Of a DNA stretch of 50,638 bases, positions 9,112-18,669 are shown piece after piece. The stretch's first letter is position 1. Each line of letters opens with the position of its first letter. The notes beneath the pieces were generated by a model, which worked only from the letters and a program-made list of their open reading frames with translations, had not been told where the DNA came from and searched no databases. The DNA is from Alphaproteobacteria bacterium (GTDB taxonomy: Bacteria; Pseudomonadota; Alphaproteobacteria; Micavibrionales; Micavibrionaceae): NCBI GenBank assembly GCA_018063145.1, contig JAGOQV010000001.1:1-50638 (forward strand), read 5' to 3'. Both the position numbers and the translations under genes were made by a program.

Positions 9112-9702
9112 ATGCGCTTTTTGACACTTTTATTGCTTGGGAGCATGATTGTAATGACCAACCCCGCTTCGGCGCAAGACGCAGGTCTTGACCCTCAAAA
9201 TACTTTGAATCTGGACCTTACTTACGGGAAAGTAGTCATCAAAATGATGCCAGAGGTTGCCCCAAAACACGTAGAACAAATCAAAACCCTGACCCGCCAA
9301 GGGTTCTATGACGGGATTGTCTGGCACCGTGTGATTGATGGCTTTATGGCCCAAACCGGAGATCCAACCGGAACGGGTATGGGCGGATCAAAACTTCCCA
9401 ATATTCCAGCAGAATTCAACAAAACCAATTTTGGCCGTGGGGCTGTGGGAATGGCCCGTTCGGCTAGCCCAGACTCCGCGAATTCTCAATTCTTTATCTG
9501 TTTTGATGATTGCAGCTTTCTCAACGGTCAATACACAGTTTGGGGTCAAGTTGTCGAAGGAATGCAGTTTGTAGATCAGATCAAACGTGGGGAGCCTCCT
9601 GCTTCTCCTGATAAGATCGTCAAAATGTCAATCGCAGCAGATGATGCCGCAAAGACAGAGGCCCCGACAGAAGTTCCCCCTTCAGCTGCTGCAGCAAAAT
9701 AA
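9112..9702 (+). CDS. Cyclophilin-type peptidyl-prolyl isomerase, secreted
   Basis: Signal peptide ...MTNPASAQD. WHRVIDGFMAQTGDPTGTGMGGS, GAVGMARSASPDSANSQFFICF, YTVWGQVVEGM. Confidence 0.9.
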   Translation: MRFLTLLLLGSMIVMTNPASAQDAGLDPQNTLNLDLTYGKVVIKMMPEVAPKHVEQIKTLTRQGFYDGIVWHRVIDGFMAQTGDPTGTGMGGSKLPNIPAEFNKTNFGRGAVGMARSASPDSANSQFFICFDDCSFLNGQYTVWGQVVEGMQFVDQIKRGEPPASPDKIVKMSIAADDAAKTEAPTEVPPSAAAAK

Positions 9703-9721
9703 TTTTGGGAAAGATATAACT

Positions 9722-9750
9722 AAAAATGGAGCCTTTCGGCTCCATTCTTG
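9722..9750. terminator. Bidirectional rho-independent terminator between convergent genes
   Basis: aaaaatggagcc-tttc-ggctccattcttg: 9-bp stem (9725-9733 / 9738-9746), flanked by an A-run and a T-rich tract. Confidence 0.7.
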
Positions 9751-9754
9751 TTTA

Positions 9755-10375
9755 TTATACAGAGAGAATTTTTGCACTTTCGAGAGTCTTGCTGACAAAC
9801 TTTTCGATCTTCTCCACATCATCAAGCGGGTCAGCTGTTTCAAAGCGGAGCAAGGTCTCCCTCTCGTTATAAACAAAAATGCAATTGATGCTCTTGGCCG
9901 ACATAATTGCGTTCAAAGTTTTAATCCGCTCTGGTGTCAAAAACGGAAGCATTCTCTCAACACTCGAGGTCTTGAAAACAATGTTTTTATTCCAATCGGG
10001 GACCGAGGGAACAATGTCTTGAGATAATTGCATCATATCGGCAAAGCTGCGAAGCTCGGGAGATGTAACGACTCCTTCAATGGGCATTCCAACGGGAAGG
10101 TCAATCTGAACCACTGTCCGAAACCGCCGACCGCGATTGTCCTGCGTTGTCTGTTCTTCTGAAAAAATGGTCGTAACAAACCCGCGAATGACCCCCCGCA
10201 TAGCAGGAGACCTAAAGATACCATTCGGCGTGAAAGTCATTTGGTGACGCTTGGCAAAAGCACCCCACGCCTGCTTCTGGCGAAAAAGAATCGCCATAGA
10301 CCAAAAAAAGGTCCCCATAATAAAAACAGTTAAAAAAACCCATAGGGTGAACCAGATATTCAAAATTGCCCTCAC
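9755..10375 (-). CDS. Hypothetical membrane-anchored protein
   Basis: Long ORF with an N-terminal hydrophobic helix (ILNIWFTLWVFLTVFIMGTFFWSMAILF). Terminator just downstream. No recognisable motifs. Confidence 0.5.
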   Translation of the reverse strand: MRAILNIWFTLWVFLTVFIMGTFFWSMAILFRQKQAWGAFAKRHQMTFTPNGIFRSPAMRGVIRGFVTTIFSEEQTTQDNRGRRFRTVVQIDLPVGMPIEGVVTSPELRSFADMMQLSQDIVPSVPDWNKNIVFKTSSVERMLPFLTPERIKTLNAIMSAKSINCIFVYNERETLLRFETADPLDDVEKIEKFVSKTLESAKILSV

Positions 10376-10430
10376 ATTTCCAAATTGGCACGAAGAAAAG
10401 CTATCATCTTTTTCGCTCTCTGATAAGCAC

Positions 10431-10470
10431 GCAAAAAATTTCGGCCCGATTCATTGAACCGGACCGAAAT
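10431..10470 (-). terminator. Rho-independent terminator of ompW
   Basis: Stem atttcgg(cc)/(gg)accgaaat (10438-10446 / 10461-10470), followed on the minus strand by UUUUUU (10432-10437). Confidence 0.55.
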
Positions 10471-10494
10471 CAAGATTCTAAAGGAGGAAAAATT

Positions 10495-11163
10495 CTAGAA
10501 TTTATAACCAATACCAAGACCAACAATCCAAGGATTAATGTCTGTATCTGCGTTAACTTCCGAACCACCGACAAGAGTCACGTCAACATCGGAATTGATC
10601 CAAACTTTCTTAACATCCGCGTTGAGGACCCAGTTGCTCGTCAGCGGAATATCAACACCCGCTTGCAAAGCTCCACCCCAGCTGCTGCCGTAATCAATGT
10701 CGGAGATAGTAGCGGCATTCCAGCTACCTTCGTTAAAGAAGTGGGTGTAGTTCACGCCTGCCCCCACATAAGGACTGATTCCAGCAATAGCCGGAATCGG
10801 GTCAAAGTGGTATTGCAAGGTAACCGTAGGAGGCAAAAGCCAGACACGGCCAAAATCTAGACCAGCAACCCCGCCAGCTCTCCCTGTAATATCATGAGGC
10901 GTAACCCCTGCAATCACTTCAATCCCGATATTGTCGGTCAGGAAATAGGTCAAATCAAGCTCAGGCACGACCGAATTATCAATCGACAAAGCATCGTTGA
11001 TGGTCAAAGCACCTGAGGTATCGGCTTCCTCACTAGGAATAACGGCAATGGCACGAGCACGAAGCAGAACATCCCCAGCGGATTTTTTGAATCCGGAATC
11101 TTGAGCCATAGCTACGCTAGGAATGAGGGCCGCGATAGCAGCCGAAACGAGAAGTTTTTTCAT
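10495..11163 (-). CDS. ompW: OmpW-family outer membrane protein
   Basis: MKKLLVSAAIAALIPSVAMAQD signal peptide. LLRARAIAVIP, PELDLTYFLTDNIGIEVIAG, ISPYVGAGVNYTHFF, and C-terminal GLGIGYKF. ATG at 11163 preferred over the longer ORF. Confidence 0.85.
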   Translation of the reverse strand: MKKLLVSAAIAALIPSVAMAQDSGFKKSAGDVLLRARAIAVIPSEEADTSGALTINDALSIDNSVVPELDLTYFLTDNIGIEVIAGVTPHDITGRAGGVAGLDFGRVWLLPPTVTLQYHFDPIPAIAGISPYVGAGVNYTHFFNEGSWNAATISDIDYGSSWGGALQAGVDIPLTSNWVLNADVKKVWINSDVDVTLVGGSEVNADTDINPWIVGLGIGYKF

Positions 11164-11345
11164 GAACAGAGTTCCCCTTACATAAATAATAATGAACGTG
11201 GGGACGATGGTAACCCCACCAGCACCCAAGAACCGATGAGGCGGAATGTCGCACCCCTAACAAAGAAAAGCAACTGTGGTTCTTAGGTAACACGAAATAT
11301 TCATAATCCGAAATTTGTTAAAAATTTGCAAAACCGTTGATAATT

Positions 11346-11753
11346 ATGGCAGACTTTGCCGAGAGTGAGAGGAGAAGATTCGTGAATCTTTCTGGTTATT
11401 TTATTTCCTTAATATCAATACCTTTGGCCGTCACCTTCAACTCTGGAGAAGCAGCCCCTCATAGGCTCAACCATCAAAAATCTTTAGACATCCCCGCTCC
11501 TATCATTGTTTCTCCACGGGGCAGCCTTTTGGGTAATTTAGCTTTTTCAAAAACTTTGCCAGGCCCCGCCGCAACCATGCTCGTTCGTGATCCAGTATCA
11601 GGGACTGTGTACAATTTTAACTGCGCACGTCTCAACATAGCTTCCACTGCACTGCTAACAAGGATAAAATTGGAAAATGCAGCTCCATTCACGAACACGG
11701 AACAAATCAAAGATGCTAAAGGTCGGCTCGGCTGCAAATCCTATGAGATATAG
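11346..11753 (+). CDS. Hypothetical protein, possibly the N-terminal part of a disrupted gene
   Basis: ORF with ATG at 11346 and a hydrophobic segment LSGYFISLISIPLAVTF. No motifs recognised. Ends at a TAG that is in frame with the next ORF. Confidence 0.35.
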   Translation: MADFAESERRRFVNLSGYFISLISIPLAVTFNSGEAAPHRLNHQKSLDIPAPIIVSPRGSLLGNLAFSKTLPGPAATMLVRDPVSGTVYNFNCARLNIASTALLTRIKLENAAPFTNTEQIKDAKGRLGCKSYEI

Positions 11754-11774
11754 TTTTCTCCAGACACTTTTTTT

Positions 11775-12572
11775 TTGATCGTTTTGGCCCTTGTCCCCTT
11801 ACATACCTACGCTGGGGAATCTTCCCTTCCCTCCAGTCTGCAAGGGGCAAAAAACCTGATCCAGCAAGTGGATGGCCCAGCTTTCCAATCCCTGTTTGAA
11901 AAAACATCGCTTAAAATCAGCTCATCCCCCCTCGCTCCGCTTGCCCGTTATCAGCCGGAAGGAAGGGTTATTGAATTCGGCGCAGACACAAAACGCTATC
12001 AAGATGAGTACGTCTATATCACCAGCATTACGGACCGCATGGACCGCCCAAGTTTCGAACAGTATCTCACTGTTTTGGTCTCGCTCAGCCTTGCGAATGA
12101 AAAAGCGCATTTTGAACAAGATGTTAACGGCTCACTTGATGACTTTTTTACCTATCAAAAACAGCAAGACCTTCCCCGTATGTGCGCCCTGTACGCTTTG
12201 CAACAACACGTTTCTGACATTGTAATGTTGGAAATGGCTGTCAAGTTGGAAAGATATTTTTTAGGTCTAGGCTCTCCGCAAGGAGTTGGCGCTGTGCGAG
12301 CTGCCCTTGATAAAATGAGCGTAAAAGAAACCTACGAAGACTTTCGCCAAGGTCTGTTAACGGGGGATTCCAATCGTTTCAAAGCCGCATTGGAAGTCAT
12401 GAGGAAAGATCGTTCAGCCCTCAATATCGCGAGTATCCGCCTTTGCAAAAACGGGGGAACGACGTCTTTGCCAAGAGACGTTATCCGGCGAGCAACATCC
12501 CCCTCCCATTTGGGAGAAACCACACCAGCCAGCCCCTCTGTAACCAGAACGTCCCGCTCCTATAACGAATAA
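11775..12572 (+). CDS. Hypothetical protein, with no convincing start or RBS
   Basis: 265-codon ORF opening at TTG with no Shine-Dalgarno upstream. Same frame as 11346..11753, separated only by a TAG plus 7 codons. Confidence 0.4.
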   Translation: MIVLALVPLHTYAGESSLPSSLQGAKNLIQQVDGPAFQSLFEKTSLKISSSPLAPLARYQPEGRVIEFGADTKRYQDEYVYITSITDRMDRPSFEQYLTVLVSLSLANEKAHFEQDVNGSLDDFFTYQKQQDLPRMCALYALQQHVSDIVMLEMAVKLERYFLGLGSPQGVGAVRAALDKMSVKETYEDFRQGLLTGDSNRFKAALEVMRKDRSALNIASIRLCKNGGTTSLPRDVIRRATSPSHLGETTPASPSVTRTSRSYNE

Positions 12573-12639
12573 CAGTTTGGTCTTGGTTAAAACCATACAT
12601 TCGGTTAGTTTTATTGGAAATTTTAGGAACAGGCCAACC

Positions 12640-14052
12640 ATGACACTTTCCCCCTCCCCCCGTACACTCTTTGAAAAAATATGGAACGACCACGTTATTG
12701 AACAATCTGAAGATGGTACGGCCCTCATCTATATTGACCGACACCTTGTTCACGAAGTGACCTCCCCGCAAGCCTTTGAAGGCTTGCGTAGCGCAGGACG
12801 AAAACTCAGACGGCCCGAAGCAACCCTTGCCGTTGCCGACCACAATGTCCCCACCACCAATCGGCAAAAAGGGATCAGCGAAGAAGAAAGCCGAATTCAG
12901 ATTGCAACACTGGAATCGAACACCCATGAATTCGGTGTAACCTATTTTGGGATGTCCGACAAAAGACAGGGGATTGTCCATGTCATTGGCCCCGAACAAG
13001 GATTTACCCTTCCGGGCATGACCATTGTCTGTGGCGATAGCCACACATCCACCCACGGAGCTTTCGGCGCACTGGCCTTTGGCATTGGGACATCAGAAGT
13101 CGAACACGTTTTGGCCACGCAGACCTTGACTCAATCCGCCGCCAAAACTATGCGCGTTACCATAGAAGGAACTCTGGCCGCTGGCATAACCGCCAAAGAT
13201 ATGGCCCTTGCCGTCATTGGCAAAATTGGTACGGCTGGTGGAACGGGATACGTCATTGAATACGCCGGAGACGCAGTAAGATCGCTCAGCATGGAAGGCC
13301 GCATGACCCTATGCAATATGTCGATTGAAGCCGGAGCCAGAGCCGGATTTATTGCGCCAGACTCCAAAACTTTTGACTATTTGCGGGGACGTCCTATGGC
13401 TCCCCAAGGAGAAAACTGGGACAAAGCCGTTGCCTATTGGTCCACTCTGCTTTCAGACGAGGGGGCCGTTTTTGATCTTGAAATTCATTTGAGCGCGGAA
13501 GATATTCCCCCACTTGTCACATGGGGAACCTCACCCCAAGATGTTCTGCCCATCACCGCCTGCGTGCCAAACCCTGACGATGAAACGGATGCTGCCAAAA
13601 AATCCGCCATGATCCGCGCTCTTGAATACATGGGCCTGACACCGGATACCCCGCTAGAGAACATAATAGTAGATAAGGTTTTCGTTGGCTCTTGTACCAA
13701 TGGCCGGATTGAAGATTTGCGCGAAGCTGCCAAAATTCTGCAAGGAAAAACCATTGCTCCCCATGTTCAGGCTCTCATTGTTCCTGGCTCAGGCCTCGTC
13801 AAGGCACAGGCCGAAGAAGAAGGGCTTGATAAAATCTTTATTGCAGCAGGGTGTGAGTGGCGTGAGCCCGGGTGTTCACTGTGTCTTGGCATGAACGAAG
13901 ACCGCCTCAAATCTGGCGAACGTTGTGCCTCAACCTCCAACCGCAATTTCGAAGGGCGGCAAGGCCGCGGAGCTCGCACCCACCTTCTTTCTCCCGCGAT
14001 GGCCGCCGCTGCCGCCATTACCGGAAAACTCACCGATATTAGAAAGATGTAA
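12640..14052 (+). CDS. leuC: 3-isopropylmalate dehydratase large subunit
   Basis: [55 protein letters not shown]. Confidence 0.95.
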   Translation: MTLSPSPRTLFEKIWNDHVIEQSEDGTALIYIDRHLVHEVTSPQAFEGLRSAGRKLRRPEATLAVADHNVPTTNRQKGISEEESRIQIATLESNTHEFGVTYFGMSDKRQGIVHVIGPEQGFTLPGMTIVCGDSHTSTHGAFGALAFGIGTSEVEHVLATQTLTQSAAKTMRVTIEGTLAAGITAKDMALAVIGKIGTAGGTGYVIEYAGDAVRSLSMEGRMTLCNMSIEAGARAGFIAPDSKTFDYLRGRPMAPQGENWDKAVAYWSTLLSDEGAVFDLEIHLSAEDIPPLVTWGTSPQDVLPITACVPNPDDETDAAKKSAMIRALEYMGLTPDTPLENIIVDKVFVGSCTNGRIEDLREAAKILQGKTIAPHVQALIVPGSGLVKAQAEEEGLDKIFIAAGCEWREPGCSLCLGMNEDRLKSGERCASTSNRNFEGRQGRGARTHLLSPAMAAAAAITGKLTDIRKM

Positions 14053-14057
14053 CTCTC

Positions 14058-14654
14058 ATGCTTCCATTTACCACACTCACCTCTATTCCTGCGCCGCTGC
14101 GTCTTATCAATGTAGATACGGACATGATTATTCCCAAGCAGTTCCTGCGCACCATCAAACGCAGCGGACTGGCTTCTGGATTGTTTTACGAACTCCGCTT
14201 TGACGAAAGCGGCTATAAAAAACCGGATTTTATCCTCAATCGCGCCCCCTACTCCCAGTCCAGCATTTTGTTGGCCGGAGAAAATTTTGGTTGCGGATCG
14301 AGCCGTGAACACGCCCCATGGGCTCTTCTTGACTTTGGATTTAGCTGTATCATTGCCCCAAGTTTTGGAGACATTTTTTACAACAACAGTTTTAAGAACG
14401 GGATACTGCCCATTCGGCTCCCCCAAGAGGAAATAGATGATCTGATTGAAGCGGCCAATCAAGAACGAGCCATTTCAATCAATTTGCCTGAACAGAAAAT
14501 TATCTGTGGCAACACTGTTTTTTCCTTTGAAATAGACCCGTTTCGCAAGCACTGCCTTGTCAATGGACTAGATGAAATTGGCCTCACTCTTGAAAAATCT
14601 TCGCTTATTTCGAATTACGAAACCAAAAGAAAGCAAAGCACCCCATGGCTATAG
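14058..14654 (+). CDS. leuD: 3-isopropylmalate dehydratase small subunit
   Basis: [43 protein letters not shown]. Directly follows leuC. Confidence 0.95.
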   Translation: MLPFTTLTSIPAPLRLINVDTDMIIPKQFLRTIKRSGLASGLFYELRFDESGYKKPDFILNRAPYSQSSILLAGENFGCGSSREHAPWALLDFGFSCIIAPSFGDIFYNNSFKNGILPIRLPQEEIDDLIEAANQERAISINLPEQKIICGNTVFSFEIDPFRKHCLVNGLDEIGLTLEKSSLISNYETKRKQSTPWL

Positions 14655-15766
14655 AAAAAAACATCCTGATCTTGGCGGGCGATGGTATTGGCCCTGAAGT
14701 TATAGCCGAAACCAAAAAATTGATCGTCTGGCTAAACAGTCATGCGGGAATAAATTTATACACCGAAGAAGACCTGATTGGCGGAGCTTCGCTTGACCGT
14801 CACGGAGTCCCTCTTAGAGAAGATGTCATTGCCAAAGCGCAAAAGGCTGATTGTGTTTTATTTGGATCTGTTGGGGGACCAAAATGGGACAAGGTGGACT
14901 ACGCTCTCCGGCCTGAAGCCGGATTGCTCAAACTACGCAAAGAACTGGGTTTGTTTGCCAATCTGCGCCCTGCCCTTGTGTTTGATGCCTTGATTGGAGC
15001 CTCAACGCTCAAACCAGAAATCGTGCGCGGCCTTGATATTCTTATCGTCCGTGAACTCACAGGAGGGGTTTATTTTGGCGAACCTCGGGGTATTTTTGAC
15101 CTCCCGAACGGAGAACGACAAGGTGTGAATACTCAAGTTTATACGACATCCGAGATTCACCGTGTGGCCCGTGTCGCTTTTGAACTTGCCCAAAAACGCC
15201 GCGGACAGGTTTGCTCTTGCGAGAAATCCAACGTCATGGAAAGCGGCAAACTTTGGAGAGAAGAAGTCACGGCCCTGCACGCCAAAGACTATTTGGATGT
15301 GACCCTGACCCATATGTACGCCGATAACTGCGCCATGCAGTTGCTCCGCAACCCTTCTCAGTTTGACGTGATCGTTACCGATAATCTATTTGGTGATATT
15401 CTTTCAGACGAAGCTGCCATGCTCACCGGATCACTCGGAATGCTGCCCTCCGCCTCTCTTGGAGCGCGAGACCATCTGGGCCACCAGAACGCCCTTTTTG
15501 AGCCTATTCACGGGTCAGCCCCCGATATTGCCGGACAAAACAAGGCCAACCCGCTTGCCACTATCTTGAGTTTTGCTATGGCTTTGCGCTTTTCTCTTGA
15601 TCTGCCTGCCCTCGCCGACCATATAGAAGGATCTGTTCGCAGAGTTCTTGATTCGGGGATTCGGACTCCTGACATCGCCGAATCTGGAATCTCACCCATT
15701 GGAACCTCCGAAATGGGCGATGCCGTTATCGCTCAGTTGGAGAAAACACTAGAGAAGGCCGCTTGA
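14645..15766 (+). CDS. leuB: 3-isopropylmalate dehydrogenase
   Basis: [51 protein letters not shown]. Overlaps the leuD stop by 10 nt. Confidence 0.95.
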   Translation: MAIEKNILILAGDGIGPEVIAETKKLIVWLNSHAGINLYTEEDLIGGASLDRHGVPLREDVIAKAQKADCVLFGSVGGPKWDKVDYALRPEAGLLKLRKELGLFANLRPALVFDALIGASTLKPEIVRGLDILIVRELTGGVYFGEPRGIFDLPNGERQGVNTQVYTTSEIHRVARVAFELAQKRRGQVCSCEKSNVMESGKLWREEVTALHAKDYLDVTLTHMYADNCAMQLLRNPSQFDVIVTDNLFGDILSDEAAMLTGSLGMLPSASLGARDHLGHQNALFEPIHGSAPDIAGQNKANPLATILSFAMALRFSLDLPALADHIEGSVRRVLDSGIRTPDIAESGISPIGTSEMGDAVIAQLEKTLEKAA

Positions 15767-15770
15767 TAAA

Positions 15771-16304
15771 ATGGATATCAGTAAAATTGCAACCGGAAAA
15801 AATCCGCCCACCGACATTAACGTCTTGATCGAAAACCCTATGGGAGGCGACCCAATCAAATACGAGCTTGATAAAGAGTCCGGTGCGGTTTTCGTGGATC
15901 GTTTTTTATATACCGCCATGTATTACCCGGGAAATTACGGTTTTATTCCCCACACTCTTTCGGGAGATGGGGATCCGGTGGATGTTCTGGTCATTGGCAG
16001 AATTGCAGTCATGCCCGGGTGCGTATTGAGGGCTCGTCCAGTTGGCGTTCTTCTTATGGAAGATGACGCGGGGGAGGATGAAAAGATTATTGCCGTTCCG
16101 CACGCCAAGCTCTATCCTTACCACGACAACATTGATGACTTGGAAGCGGTTCAACCGATTTTGCGGGATAAGATTTCGCACTTCTTCACCCATTACAAGG
16201 ATTTGGAGCCAGGAAAATGGTCGAAAGTCAAAGGGTGGGGAAATGCAGATGATGCCGCCCGCCTTATTCAAGAAGGCATAGACCGTTACGCAACATCCAA
16301 GTAG
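15771..16304 (+). CDS. ppa: Inorganic pyrophosphatase (family I)
   Basis: YPGNYGFIPHTLSGDGDPVDVLV, DDAGEDEKIIAVP. Confidence 0.93.
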   Translation: MDISKIATGKNPPTDINVLIENPMGGDPIKYELDKESGAVFVDRFLYTAMYYPGNYGFIPHTLSGDGDPVDVLVIGRIAVMPGCVLRARPVGVLLMEDDAGEDEKIIAVPHAKLYPYHDNIDDLEAVQPILRDKISHFFTHYKDLEPGKWSKVKGWGNADDAARLIQEGIDRYATSK

Positions 16305-16319
16305 CGAAAGGTTTATATT

Positions 16320-16766
16320 ATGACAACCGGAATAATTTTGCTGGCTTTGGCTTTTTTGCTCCTTGCCGCTGAGGTTTTTGTTCCTTCCTTCGGTATTCTG
16401 GGTATTACAGGTGTCATCGCCTTGGTTGTTGGGGCCGATATGGTGATTGAATACGCAGGACCAGACTCGCCCATTGATTGGTGGACAGTTTCCGGTGTTC
16501 TGGTTGTCATTATTGCCTATTTCGGGATTTCCGCAGGAGTGGTCTATCGCGCCCTTTTGGCGAAGAAACGCTATGCCGGAATAGAAAGCCTGATGGGGGA
16601 AGAAGCAGAAATCGTTGAATGGTCAGACCGCGAGGGCCTTGTCAGTGTGCAAGGCGAACTCTGGCAAGCCTTTTCCGAACGTCGCTATCCCGATCTTGCC
16701 TCAAGACAAACTGTCCAGATTTCTGGTCACCATAATCTGAAGCTTCAAATTCGCCTTTCTGAATAG
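16320..16766 (+). CDS. NfeD-family membrane protein (short form)
   Basis: Three N-terminal hydrophobic helices, then an OB-like tail EAEIVEWSDREGLVSVQGELWQAFSE. Precedes an SPFH gene, which is the classic NfeD-SPFH operon arrangement. Confidence 0.8.
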   Translation: MTTGIILLALAFLLLAAEVFVPSFGILGITGVIALVVGADMVIEYAGPDSPIDWWTVSGVLVVIIAYFGISAGVVYRALLAKKRYAGIESLMGEEAEIVEWSDREGLVSVQGELWQAFSERRYPDLASRQTVQISGHHNLKLQIRLSE

Positions 16767-16796
16767 GTGATTTTTTTCTTAACAAAGGAGACTTAA

Positions 16797-17555
16797 ATGG
16801 CTACTTTTCTTCCAGTTATCCTCGTTGGGGGCCTTATTCTACTCTTCGCCTCTGTCCGCATTATCAAAGAATACGAGCGCGGAGTCATTTACACACTTGG
16901 GAAATATGATGGCATGAAAGAAGCGGGCATTCGCCTTGTCCTTCCAGCCATTCAGCAAATGAAAATTATTGATGTGCGCGTGCGGACCGAAGAAATCCCC
17001 GCTCAAGACCTTATCTCAAAAGACAACGTATCGGTACGCGTCAGTGCGGTTCTTAACTACCGCGTCGTCGATCCCGGAAACGCCATCAACCGTGTGGAAG
17101 ATTTTGTCCATACAACAGCACAAATTGCACAAACCACTTTGCGTTCCGTGCTCGGGAAACATGAACTTGATGATATGCTGCAAAACCGCGACAAATTAAA
17201 CAAGGACGTACAGGAAATTCTCGACAGCCATACCGGAAGCTGGGGAATCAAGGTTATCAATGTTGAGATCAAACACGTTGATATTGACCAAAGCATGATT
17301 CGCGCTATCGCCCGTCAAGCCGAGGCCGAACGCGAACGCCGCGCCAAAATCATTAACGCCGAAGGGGAATTGCAAGCCGCCAAGCAGCTTGATGAAGCTG
17401 CCGAGATCCTTGCTCGTCGTCCAGAGACTATGCAATTGCGTTACCTAGGGACCTTGGGCGAGTTTTCAAATGGCAAGAGCGTCAGCACCATCGTTTTGCC
17501 TCTCCCTATGGATATGCTCAAATCTGTGGTCGGGGCCGTTAGCGGACAAAAATAA
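16797..17555 (+). CDS. SPFH/band-7 (stomatin-like) protein
   Basis: VRIIKEYERGVIYTLGKY, PAQDLISKDNVSVRVSAVLNYRVVDP, AEAERERRAKIINAEGE. Confidence 0.9.
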   Translation: MATFLPVILVGGLILLFASVRIIKEYERGVIYTLGKYDGMKEAGIRLVLPAIQQMKIIDVRVRTEEIPAQDLISKDNVSVRVSAVLNYRVVDPGNAINRVEDFVHTTAQIAQTTLRSVLGKHELDDMLQNRDKLNKDVQEILDSHTGSWGIKVINVEIKHVDIDQSMIRAIARQAEAERERRAKIINAEGELQAAKQLDEAAEILARRPETMQLRYLGTLGEFSNGKSVSTIVLPLPMDMLKSVVGAVSGQK

Positions 17556-17588
17556 TCGGCAAAAGTGGCTTCTTAACCTTTTTCCTCT

Positions 17589-17608
17589 CCCCCGCTCTGC
17601 GGGGGTTT
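17589..17608 (+). terminator. Candidate rho-independent terminator after the SPFH gene
   Basis: cccccgc-tct-gcggggg followed by ttt. GC-rich stem, but a very small loop and a short T-run. Confidence 0.45.
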
Positions 17609-17775
17609 GGCATTTTGGCGGGCAAATGTGGATAAAAATCCGTAACCTGCGGCTTTTATTTGATCTTTTTGGTAATTCCTGACATTGTTGCCCCGATCCT
17701 AAAATTTTGAAGTTTTGGCGCGGCAGCGCCTCTGTTTATGTCAACTATAAACACGTTTGGAAGGTCTAAATCACA

Positions 17776-18633
17776 ATGTCTCAAGAAAAAAAATCTGCTG
17801 GGTTGCTTATTGCCCTTGTCCTCCTTGCCCTCCTCATTGCAGCGGCGGCGTATTTCACCTTGAGCAAATCATCTGCCCCAACGGGAGATGCTCCAATCGC
17901 CGAAGCTCCCCAAACTTTGGAAGGCACTCCCTCCACAGAAGCCCCCCCACAACCAACCGTTCCACAAAATAACATCGTAGTTGAAACCAAAACTCTCGAT
18001 ATACCAGCCGCGCAGGAGAAGTTTGTTGCCCCTGAAGCAGCTCAACCTCCGGTCATTGGCTCGCCTGAAGTCGAGGCCATGATGACTCCCCGCACGCTCG
18101 GCAGCGACACCGCCCCGATTAAAGTGACAGAATATAGCTCCCTCACCTGTGGCCACTGCGCTTCGTTCCACAAAGAGGATTTCGCAAAAATCAAAGCCGA
18201 GTTTATCGACACAGGGAAAGTCCAGTTCATCTTCAAGGAATTCCCTCTGAATGAGCCTGCGATCGTGGCTTCCCAGCTTATCCGCTGTATGCCTGCGGAT
18301 AAATACGAGGGCTTTATGTCCTTACTTTTTGCCCAACAGGACAACTGGGCCTATAAGCCGGAATTCAAAGACATTCTCAAACAAAATGCCAAACTTGCTG
18401 GTTTCTCCGATGAACAAGCCGAAGCTTGCTTTGCCAATACCGAACTTAAGCAAAGAATTGTCGGAGACATGAAAGCCGCGACGGACAAGTACAAAATCCA
18501 GTCCACCCCGACTTTCGTTCTGAATGATGGCGCAAAAATCATTGTTGGTAATCAGCCCGTGAGTTTCTTTGCAGAAACATTTAACGGTTTGTTGAATGGA
18601 GCTCCTGCACCTAGCGCAGCGTCTCCCCAGTAA
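17776..18633 (+). CDS. DsbA-family thiol:disulfide oxidoreductase, membrane-anchored with a Pro/Ala-rich linker
   Basis: TM anchor AGLLIALVLLALLIAAAAYF. CxxC motif SLTCGHCASFH. Thioredoxin-fold tail STPTFVLNDG. Confidence 0.85.
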   Translation: MSQEKKSAGLLIALVLLALLIAAAAYFTLSKSSAPTGDAPIAEAPQTLEGTPSTEAPPQPTVPQNNIVVETKTLDIPAAQEKFVAPEAAQPPVIGSPEVEAMMTPRTLGSDTAPIKVTEYSSLTCGHCASFHKEDFAKIKAEFIDTGKVQFIFKEFPLNEPAIVASQLIRCMPADKYEGFMSLLFAQQDNWAYKPEFKDILKQNAKLAGFSDEQAEACFANTELKQRIVGDMKAATDKYKIQSTPTFVLNDGAKIIVGNQPVSFFAETFNGLLNGAPAPSAASPQ

Positions 18634-18669
18634 GTTTATCGTATCCACTTTTGAGAAAAAACGACTGAC

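Noticed and set aside
13767-14462. 231-aa minus-strand ORF. Similar long antisense ORFs occur at 12481-13056, 45350-46186, 47802-48446, 1910-2461, 10366-10860 and 22873-23352.
   Set aside because: Each lies entirely antisense to a gene with strong conserved motifs (leuC/leuD, tkt, gap, tpsA, ompW, atpB). Their translations are low-complexity or Arg/Gly/Pro-rich, with no motifs. These are shadow ORFs typical of moderate-to-high GC coding DNA.
17556-17775. 220-nt intergenic region upstream of the DsbA-like gene, containing small hairpins (ggcgc-ggca-gcgcc). Considered as an sRNA or riboswitch.
   Set aside because: Apart from the terminator-like hairpin at 17589-17608, the structures are short. 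No known riboswitch motif is recognisable, so the evidence is insufficient.
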